Below are positions 57,331-64,000 of a DNA stretch of 64,000 nucleotides, piece by piece. The stretch spans positions 27,350 through 91,349 of the forward strand of contig JBJXGT010000009.1 in NCBI GenBank assembly GCA_046160105.1. The letters run 5' to 3'. Within the stretch, counting starts at the first letter, position 1. Each line of letters opens with the position of its first letter. Position numbers and translations under genes: made by a program. Below the pieces are notes generated by a model, which ran no database searches, had not been told where the DNA came from, and saw nothing but the letters and a program-made list of their open reading frames with translations. This DNA comes from Gemmatimonadales bacterium. Its GTDB lineage: Bacteria > Gemmatimonadota > Gemmatimonadetes > Gemmatimonadales > GWC2-71-9.

Positions 57331-59886
57331 CTATTTTGCTCCCACCAGGGTTCGAAACCGGGGATCATTGGCCAGATTCCGGAACTGCCACCCCGGATCC
57401 TGGGCAAAGGCGCTTCGGGCGCGATCGTTGGCGGCGAAGTACACCTTGAGCATATCGATCGCCTTGGTGGTGTCGGCGAGGTGGGCGTAGGTGAAGGCCC
57501 CGAACAGGTTCAGGTCCCGGGTCGGGTCCAACTCCGGGTCGCCTTTCGATCGCTCGACGACCCGTTTGGCGCTGTCGCCCTGGCCGGCTCGTGCGAGCAC
57601 GAAGGCGACCATCATTCGCAGGTGGAGGCGAGTGAAGGCGGCATTGGACCCGGCCAACGCGGCTCCGCTGTCTGCCAGGGCCCAGGCCCCCGGAATGACG
57701 GAGGGGTCCTGGTCCTTCATGGTCAGCAGGTAGAGTTGACACTGCACCGCGTTTTCGCTTCGCGGGAACCGGCGCCGGGTTTCGTCACACCACTGGGTGG
57801 CGTCCAGTCTTTGTTGGGCGTCGTAGGACGAGGTGAACAGGCGGTAAAGGACGTCTTCGGCGTTCTCCAGGAACGCGTCCGCCCTCAGGGCAGCTCGGGC
57901 CGCCAAGTTGATGTCGACGACGCCGCTACCTGGGTAGTTGTAATGGAGGTGGGACAGGCTTGCCCAGGCACCAGCCTGGGCTTGATTGAGACCGGTCGCG
58001 GTGTCCAGGTCCTTCTTCGCCAGCTCCAACAGCGCCTTGGCTCGCGCCGCGTCCGGCTCGAGATTCAAGAGCCAGGTCCAGTACCGGAGGTTGCCGCGGA
58101 TCTCAAAGGCATCCGCCGACCCCCGGTCCATCGCGATCGCCCGCTCGATATGCGTCAACCCGGTGTCGATCCACTGTTTCACTCGATCCTGATCGAACCC
58201 CGACAGGCGCGAGCGACGATACCCGACCAGGCCCCGCAAGACCACCGGCTCGGCCCAGGTGGGATCGAGCGCTTCGGCCCTCGCCAGGAGGGAATCGGCG
58301 ACCGCGAACTGGCGATCTCGGGCGACCGAGTCCTGTTGCCGGGCGGCGACCTCCGCTTCCTTGCGGGCCCGCTCGGCTCGCTGCACCAGTGACCAAGCTT
58401 CCACGCTTCGGGTCCCTTGTCGCTGGGCCTGCAGCTTGATCTCCTCGCCGATGCGGACCCGAATCAGTTCAGCGACTTTGTTCGCCAAGGTGTCGCGGAC
58501 CGCCAGCAGGTCGGTCGCCGGCTGCTCGAATCCGGCCCGCGAGTACACGCTGCCACTCGCGCCGTCGAAGAGCGAGACGTTGACGTTGATCTTGTCGCCG
58601 CTGCGCTCGACGTCACCGCGGATCAGCGTCCCGACGTCGAGGGCCTGCACCACGCTGTCGGGACTGACGGCGGGGTTTCGAAAGGGCTGGACGCCGTTTC
58701 GGGAGATCACCGTCAGGCCGGTCACTTGGGAGAGCCGCCCGATCAGCTCTTCGGTCAAGCCATCCGCCAAGAACGCCAGGCTGCTGTCGCTGCTCTGGTC
58801 GTCGAAGTACTGGACCGCGACCCGCCGGGCGGCTGCGTCCGCGGCCGCCGGTGCAGCCGCCGCCACCGGCCCCCGGTTCTGGAAGCCGAACCGCCAGATG
58901 GCGAGGGAGCCGAGGACGGCGAGCAGCGCGACGCCCCCGATGAGCAGGTTGCGCCGCCGGGTGTCGACCGGGGGTGCGACGGCGGGGTAGGTCGAGGTCG
59001 GCACCCGCCGAGTGGCCGTGTGCCGCATCGCCACCCGACGGTTCGCCGTCGCCCCGAGCGGGACGCCAAGGATCTCGGTGAACTGGGCCGCCGACTGGGG
59101 TCGGTCGGTGGGCGTCTTGGCCATCGCGGCGAAGATGGCCTCCTCGACTTCTTCCGGCACCGAGTTGCGGACGATCCGGATGCTCGGCACCGTCTCCATC
59201 GCGTGCCGGGCCATGATCGCCATGGCGTTCTTGCCGGTGAACGGAGGCTCGCCGGCCAGCAGCTCGTAGAGGAGGCATCCGAGGCTGTAGATGTCCGCCG
59301 TCGGCCCAACCGTTTCGCCGGCGGCCTGTTCCGGCGCCATGTAGACCGGGGTCCCGATCGCCATGCCCGTTTGAGTCAACTTCTGGCCACCGCTCTCGTG
59401 GGCCGCGCGGGCGATCCCGAAGTCGGCCACCAGGGCGTGGCCGTTCGAGATCAGGATGTTTTCGGGCTTGATGTCGCGATGGACGATGTTCTGGGCGTGG
59501 GCATAGCCGAGGGCGTCGGCGATCTCGAGGGTGTACTGGACCGCATCGTCGATCGGGAGCTGCCCGTCGCGGTCGAGCCGATCGCGGAGGGACTCGCCCT
59601 GAATGAACGGCATCACGAAGTACAGCAGCCCCTCGGTCGAGCCGGAGTCGTACAGGCCGAGGATGTTCGGATGCTGGAGCTTGGCGGCGAGGCGGATCTC
59701 GCGCTCAAATCGGTCGGCGCCGATCGACGCCGAGAGCTCGGGGTGGAGGACTTTGATCGCGACCGCCCGGTCGTGCTTGACGTCCCGGGCCAGAAAAACC
59801 GTCGCCATGCCGCCTCGGCCAAGCACTCGCTCGATCGCGTAGCGATCGGCCAGCGAAGCCCGAAGTGTGTCGAGGGTGTCGGTCAC
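57331..59886 (-). CDS. Hanks-type Ser/Thr protein kinase with single TM and large extracytoplasmic TPR-like region (851 aa)
   Basis: Motifs GRGGMATVFLA, VAIKVL, HRDIKPENIL, DFGIA, APEQ. TM helix LLIGGVALLAVLGSLAIW. Then a helical-repeat region to the C-terminus. GTG start. Confidence 0.9.
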   Translation of the reverse strand: MTDTLDTLRASLADRYAIERVLGRGGMATVFLARDVKHDRAVAIKVLHPELSASIGADRFEREIRLAAKLQHPNILGLYDSGSTEGLLYFVMPFIQGESLRDRLDRDGQLPIDDAVQYTLEIADALGYAHAQNIVHRDIKPENILISNGHALVADFGIARAAHESGGQKLTQTGMAIGTPVYMAPEQAAGETVGPTADIYSLGCLLYELLAGEPPFTGKNAMAIMARHAMETVPSIRIVRNSVPEEVEEAIFAAMAKTPTDRPQSAAQFTEILGVPLGATANRRVAMRHTATRRVPTSTYPAVAPPVDTRRRNLLIGGVALLAVLGSLAIWRFGFQNRGPVAAAAPAAADAAARRVAVQYFDDQSSDSSLAFLADGLTEELIGRLSQVTGLTVISRNGVQPFRNPAVSPDSVVQALDVGTLIRGDVERSGDKINVNVSLFDGASGSVYSRAGFEQPATDLLAVRDTLANKVAELIRVRIGEEIKLQAQRQGTRSVEAWSLVQRAERARKEAEVAARQQDSVARDRQFAVADSLLARAEALDPTWAEPVVLRGLVGYRRSRLSGFDQDRVKQWIDTGLTHIERAIAMDRGSADAFEIRGNLRYWTWLLNLEPDAARAKALLELAKKDLDTATGLNQAQAGAWASLSHLHYNYPGSGVVDINLAARAALRADAFLENAEDVLYRLFTSSYDAQQRLDATQWCDETRRRFPRSENAVQCQLYLLTMKDQDPSVIPGAWALADSGAALAGSNAAFTRLHLRMMVAFVLARAGQGDSAKRVVERSKGDPELDPTRDLNLFGAFTYAHLADTTKAIDMLKVYFAANDRARSAFAQDPGWQFRNLANDPRFRTLVGAK

Positions 59887-59972
59887 AGCGAGGTGGTCAT
59901 TGGACGCTGAAAAATGGGGCCCTGGAGGGGTTTACACCAGTCAGGGCGCCTATCCAGGGGGCCGACATTGCT

Positions 59973-62369
59973 CTATCGGACCGTGTACGCCCGCCCGGCC
60001 GTTGCCTCGAAGGAAATCGTGGCCGGTCCCTCTCTGCGATGCCGGATCAGATTCCCCGCCAGGCGGACCTCCCCGAGGCCCGTACCGCGAATCGTCACCC
60101 GACCAGTTCGCGAGGCCGCGACCCGCGCCTCGGTGAGTCGGCCCGCCGTCCACTTGAGATCTACGGTGTGGCCCCCTCGCGCGCGGAGGCCGGAGACCGT
60201 CCCATCGGTCCACTCGGCGGGCAAGGCCGGGAGCAAATGGATGGCGGCTTGGTGCGACTGAACCAGCATCTCGGCGATGGCGGCGGCCGCGCCGAGATTG
60301 CCGTCGACCTGAAGCGCTCGGCCGCACAGCGAGAACAGATTGGGCAGCGACGACTTGGTGAGAAAAGCGCGGAGCTGGTCGTGGGCCGCGTTGCCGTCGT
60401 AGAGGCGGGCTCTCAGTCCCATCTTCCAAGAGTACGACCAACCGCAGCCGCCGGTGCCGCGTCGGTCGAGCGAGACGGCCGCGGCGCGGGCCAGGGCCGG
60501 GGTTTGCTCCGGGGTGATCTCGCGGCCCGGATAGAGGCCCCAGAGGTGAGAAAGGTGGCGGTGCTGCGGCTCGACTTCGTCCCAGTCCTCCAGCCACTCC
60601 TGAATCTGTCCGTGTTTGCCGATCTGATTCGGGGCGAGGCGGGATCGAGCGGCGAGCGCCTCGGTCGCCAGCGCGCTGTCGACCCCGATCTGGCGGGCTG
60701 CTTCGGCGAAGCTGCCGAGCACTTCACGAAGGATCTGCATGTCCATCGTCGGGCCGGCGGCCATCGTGCGCGCCGTCAGCACCAGGCCGGACGTCTCGTC
60801 GAAAAACTCGCCGTTGCCGGGCCAGGCCGGAAAGTTTTCGGGCGAGTTCGACGGCGCGGTGACCAGCCAGCCGTGCTTCGGCTCGGGCACGAGAATGTCG
60901 AGGAGAAACCGGGTCTGATTCCGGAGCAGGGGATAGATCCGGCGGAGCGCGGCCGGGTCGGCGGAAAAGCGATACTGCTCGAGAAGATTCGTCATCAGCC
61001 AGGCGCCGCCGACGGGCCAGGCGCCCCAGGAGGGTCCGTCCATCGGGGTCGTCGAGCGCCACAGATCGGTGTTCTGGTGGACCACCCACCCTCGCGCCCC
61101 CCAGTGCTCCCGAGCAGTCGCCGCGCCGGCCTCCGCCACCTCGCGGACCAGTTTCTCGAGCGGCCCGACCAACTCGCCCAAGTGGCCGGTTTCGGCGGGC
61201 CAGTAGTTCATCGGCAGATTGATGTTGATGGTGTACTTCGAATCCCACCAGGGATTGGGGTTGTCGTTCCAGATTCCCTGGAGGTTGGCCGGCTCGGTGC
61301 CCGGCCGGGAGCTCGCGATCAGGAGGTACCGGCCGAACTGGTAGTACAGCGCCGCGAGTCCGGGGTCGGGCGCGGTGGCGAAACGGGCGATCCGCCGGTC
61401 GGTGGGCATGGTGTCGACGGCCGGGTCCGGCCGGCCCAGCGTTAGGCCGACTCGGCGGAACCATTGCTGGTGCTCGCGGACGTGGTCGGCGAGCAGGGTC
61501 GGATAGGGTCGCTCGGCGAGGCGACCCAAGGTGGCCGCGACCCGCTGGGCCGGGTCGGCGCTCACGTCGCGGTAGTCGACGAAACTGGTGGCGGCGGCCA
61601 CCACGAAGGTCACCAGGTTCGCGCCCTCCACGGTGAGGCGGCGTCGATCGACCCGGATGGTGCCACCGTCCGCCCGCGCCACCAGGTCCGCCTGATAGCG
61701 CAGCCGGCCTTCGACGCCGAGATAGTCGGTGCTCTTGCCGGTGAGCCGAAGCCGGTCGGGCCCGAGAGCGTCCATCCGGAAATAGTCGGTGCCGTAGTTG
61801 GAGTGGGCCGGATTCCGACTGCCGCGAAGCTCGGCCGCGACCGTGATCGCTCCGGGCCGGTCGGCGCTGATCCGGACCACGATGACCTGGTCGACCGCGC
61901 TGGAGAAGACCTCGCGCAGATAGCGAACGCCCCCGGCCGAGTAGCGGACCCGCGCGATCCCCTGGTCGAGGTCGAGCTCGCGGCGGTAATCCGAGGCGCT
62001 GTCGTGACCCGGCGAGAACAGCCAGAGGTCTCCGAGCGATTGGTACTTCATCTGTTCGAACGGCTTCCCCATCATGGTCCGACCGAACAGATCGTGGGCG
62101 GCCGGAACGTCCCCGGCGAAGAGGAGCCGGCGAATCTCGGGCAGGGCGGCGGCCGCGCCGGGCACGACCGGATCGTAGGGCCCACCCGACCAGAGGGTTT
62201 CCTCGTTGAGCTGGATGCGCTCGGCCGCGGGGTGGCCGAAGATCATCGCGCCGAGTCGGCCGTTCCCGACCGGCAGGGCGTGGTTCCAACTCTCGGCGGG
62301 TTGGCGAAACCAGATCGGGGGCGCTGGCTGCGCCTGGAGGGCCAGCAACAAGAGCACCGCGTGGGTCAC
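59973..62369 (-). CDS. Glycoside hydrolase family 95 (alpha-L-fucosidase-like)
   Basis: N-terminal WFRQPAESWNHALPVGNGRLGAMIFG...IQLNEETLWSGGPYDP is a typical GH95 pattern. Length about 800 aa. Start set to GTG 62369 (VTHAVLLLLALQAQ signal, AAGG upstream). The track start TTG 62441 is possible. Confidence 0.8.
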   Translation of the reverse strand: MTHAVLLLLALQAQPAPPIWFRQPAESWNHALPVGNGRLGAMIFGHPAAERIQLNEETLWSGGPYDPVVPGAAAALPEIRRLLFAGDVPAAHDLFGRTMMGKPFEQMKYQSLGDLWLFSPGHDSASDYRRELDLDQGIARVRYSAGGVRYLREVFSSAVDQVIVVRISADRPGAITVAAELRGSRNPAHSNYGTDYFRMDALGPDRLRLTGKSTDYLGVEGRLRYQADLVARADGGTIRVDRRRLTVEGANLVTFVVAAATSFVDYRDVSADPAQRVAATLGRLAERPYPTLLADHVREHQQWFRRVGLTLGRPDPAVDTMPTDRRIARFATAPDPGLAALYYQFGRYLLIASSRPGTEPANLQGIWNDNPNPWWDSKYTININLPMNYWPAETGHLGELVGPLEKLVREVAEAGAATAREHWGARGWVVHQNTDLWRSTTPMDGPSWGAWPVGGAWLMTNLLEQYRFSADPAALRRIYPLLRNQTRFLLDILVPEPKHGWLVTAPSNSPENFPAWPGNGEFFDETSGLVLTARTMAAGPTMDMQILREVLGSFAEAARQIGVDSALATEALAARSRLAPNQIGKHGQIQEWLEDWDEVEPQHRHLSHLWGLYPGREITPEQTPALARAAAVSLDRRGTGGCGWSYSWKMGLRARLYDGNAAHDQLRAFLTKSSLPNLFSLCGRALQVDGNLGAAAAIAEMLVQSHQAAIHLLPALPAEWTDGTVSGLRARGGHTVDLKWTAGRLTEARVAASRTGRVTIRGTGLGEVRLAGNLIRHRREGPATISFEATAGRAYTVR

Positions 62370-62452
62370 AGGCCGGACCTTTCGGTAGGGTTGACGGGCT
62401 CGCGCGCCGTGCGTGTTTGGAGCAGTATTGATAGTAGCCAAAGGAGGGCGGC

Positions 62453-62683
62453 GTGGTCACTGGGTCGGTGGGACTCCGGGCCGGGTTCGTGATCCTTGCG
62501 GTCGCGATCGCGGTCGGTTTCGTCGGGGCGGTTGTCGCGGCCACTTGGCGAATGACCGGCGATCGGGCCGGCGCGAAGCGGGCCGGGCTGGCGGCGGCGG
62601 TCGGGGCGATGGCTTGGCTCGGGGTGAGCGGCGGCGCGGCTCGCGCCGGCGCGCTCCGATTCGACCCCCACCGCCAACCATGA
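62453..62683 (+). CDS. Small 2-TM membrane protein (76 aa)
   Basis: GTG 62453 preceded by a perfect AAGGAGG (62441-62447). Two hydrophobic helices. The stop overlaps the next ATG (ATGA 62680-62683). Confidence 0.55.
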   Translation: MVTGSVGLRAGFVILAVAIAVGFVGAVVAATWRMTGDRAGAKRAGLAAAVGAMAWLGVSGGAARAGALRFDPHRQP

Positions 62684-63180
62684 TCGTGCTCCTCCTCGCC
62701 GTGCTCGGCCTGGCCATCTGGCTGAGCCGGGCCGCGATCGGCCGGCGGCTGGCGTTCGGCTTGCCGCTATCGGTCCTGATCGGCTATCAGGCGTTCCGGG
62801 TGGTCGTCGAGGTGCTGATGCATCGGGCCTATGTCGAAGGCTTGATGCCGGTCCAGATGAGTTACCAAGGCCGCAACTTCGACATCGTGAGTGGAGCGAC
62901 CGCCGCCGTGCTCGGCCTGGTGCTGCTGGTCCGGGGCGCTCCCCGGTGGGTGTTGCTCGGGTGGAACCTGCTCGGCCTCGGGCTTCTCATCAACGTGCTG
63001 GTGATCCCGATGCTCTCGGCACCGGGCCCGTTCCGTCGGTTCCTCAACGAGCCGTCCAACGTCGGGGTGACGGCCTTCCCGTGGGTGTGGCTCCCCGCGG
63101 TGATGGTGCTGGCGGCGCTGCTCGGCCACCTGCTGCTGTTCCGGCGCCTCGCCGGCCACGGAGCTGAGGATCGTCGTTAG
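62680..63180 (+). CDS. Hypothetical 4-TM membrane protein (166 aa)
   Basis: MIVLLLAVLGLAIWL..., then further helices (SVLIGYQAFRVVVEVL, ATAAVLGLVLLV, LLGWNLLGLGLLINVLVIPML, WVWLPAVMVLAALLGHLLLF). Upstream in-frame codons of track ORF 62413.. are Arg/Gly junk. Confidence 0.65.
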   Translation: MIVLLLAVLGLAIWLSRAAIGRRLAFGLPLSVLIGYQAFRVVVEVLMHRAYVEGLMPVQMSYQGRNFDIVSGATAAVLGLVLLVRGAPRWVLLGWNLLGLGLLINVLVIPMLSAPGPFRRFLNEPSNVGVTAFPWVWLPAVMVLAALLGHLLLFRRLAGHGAEDRR

Positions 63181-63189
63181 GCGGCCTCG

Positions 63190-63912
63190 TCAGCGAGCGT
63201 CGTGGAAGATGATCCCCAGCGTGTGGCGGTGGCCGGCCCGGATCCGACTGACCCCATGGCGCAGGGTCACCCGATAGGCGCCGCGGGCCCCCCGGACCGG
63301 ACGGTGGTGCACCGCGAACACGGCCCCGTCTCCCTGTCGGAGCGGAACGACCGACACTCGTGATTGCATCCGGGGCCGCTGCTCCGTCATCACGAACTCC
63401 CCGCCCTCGAAATCCCGGCCCGGCTCGGCGAGCAGCACCACCACCTGCATCGGAAAGATCTCCTCGCCATACAAGTCCTGGTGGAGGCAGTTGTAGTCGC
63501 CCGCCTGGTATTGGAGCAGCAGCGGAGTCGGTTGCGCTTGCCCGGCCCCGTGGCATCGGGCCAGGAAGTCGGCGTGCTCGGCCGGAAAGCGGATCGGGTT
63601 GTCCAAGGCCTCGTGCCACCCGTTGGCGATCGGCGCGAGGTGTCGGTAGAGGGCGGTTCGAAGCTCGCTGATGAGGTGGGGAAGGGGGTACCGAAAGTAC
63701 TGATACTCCCCTCGGCCGAACCCGTGGCGCGCCATGACCACCCGGGAACGAAACCGGCTCGAGTCCGGGTAGAGGGCGATCAACTCGTCGCACTGCTCTC
63801 GCGAGAGCAACCGGCCGAGGACGGCGAACCCCTGGTCGTCGAGGTCGGCGGCGACCGGGCCGTTGCCGGCGCGGGCGATCGTCGCGAGGTCGGGACCCGT
63901 CGTTGTTGGCAC
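63190..63912 (-). CDS. 2OG-Fe(II) oxygenase-family protein (prolyl-hydroxylase-like fold)
   Basis: GTG start. H-x-D (CLHQDLYGE), distal His region (HGVSRIRAGHRHTLGIIFH). Segment ...GEYQYFRYPLP... matches a family I recall as often found near DNA-alkylation repair genes (from memory, not checked). Confidence 0.7.
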   Translation of the reverse strand: MPTTTGPDLATIARAGNGPVAADLDDQGFAVLGRLLSREQCDELIALYPDSSRFRSRVVMARHGFGRGEYQYFRYPLPHLISELRTALYRHLAPIANGWHEALDNPIRFPAEHADFLARCHGAGQAQPTPLLLQYQAGDYNCLHQDLYGEEIFPMQVVVLLAEPGRDFEGGEFVMTEQRPRMQSRVSVVPLRQGDGAVFAVHHRPVRGARGAYRVTLRHGVSRIRAGHRHTLGIIFHDAR

Positions 63913-63913
63913 G

Positions 63914-64000
63914 TTACACGATAGCGACGCCGGGCCTCGGAGGCACTCCGCTTCTTGCGGTCAAACTCCGAGGGTTGGTGGCGAAGGCGGCGCCGGCCAG
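63914..64000 (-). CDS. 3' end of an unidentified upstream ORF entering from the right edge
   Basis: My translation gives ...LAGAAFATNPRSLTARSGVPPRPGVAIV-TAA (stop 63916-63914), one base before the GTG of the next gene. Too short to identify. Confidence 0.3.
   Translation of the reverse strand: MAGAAFATNPRSLTARSGVPPRPGVAIV

Noticed and set aside
57348-57363. GGGTTCGAAACCGGGG, reminiscent of a tRNA T-arm
   Set aside because: Lies inside the kinase coding frame. No acceptor, D or anticodon arms can be drawn around it.
60724-62544. 606-aa alternative-frame ORF over the GH95 gene
   Set aside because: R/P/G-rich. The 59973..62441 frame has the characteristic GH95 N-terminal pattern.

Overview
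High-G+C (judged by eye, not computed), gene-dense chromosomal segment. It encodes many Sec/Tat-exported hydrolases, Hanks kinases with periplasmic TPR regions and TolB-amidohydrolase fusions, which suggests a soil-type Gemmatimonadota/Acidobacteriota-like bacterium (inference only). I support 47 protein-coding genes, two of them partial at the window edges. I recognised no rRNA, tRNA, CRISPR array, transposase, integrase or phage gene. Most long ORFs in the supplied track are Arg/Pro/Gly-rich shadow frames of real genes, and many real genes start well inside the longest ORF. Starts were re-picked from signal peptides, RBS-like GGAGG/GAGG boxes and 4-nt stop/start overlaps. Seven such ATGA/GTGA overlaps occur (8268, 25076, 30384, 31229, 35944, 49921, 62680). 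Main points of interest follow. (1) A NAD-type formate dehydrogenase operon (34997..39757, minus strand) has a catalytic gene interrupted in the track by an in-frame TGA. This TGA sits at the FdhF selenocysteine position and is followed by an fdhF-like SECIS hairpin. (2) The alpha subunit of that enzyme is split and permuted: Mo domain, then NuoEF fusion, then the Fe-S domain as a separate last gene. (3) A nested-helix leader lies upstream of the operon and may be a riboswitch. (4) Two collinear tandem paralogous lipoprotein genes of about 1070 aa (50691..57190) carry Ig-like repeats and a duplicated GGVGG-x-T-x-KF motif, directly downstream of a Ser/Thr kinase. (5) A tightly coupled NUDIX / MBL-fold / orphan membrane protein operon spans 28609..32071. 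No classical defence or mobile system is visible. The candidates for novelty are the unusual formate dehydrogenase architecture and the uncharacterised surface-protein and NUDIX-MBL modules.
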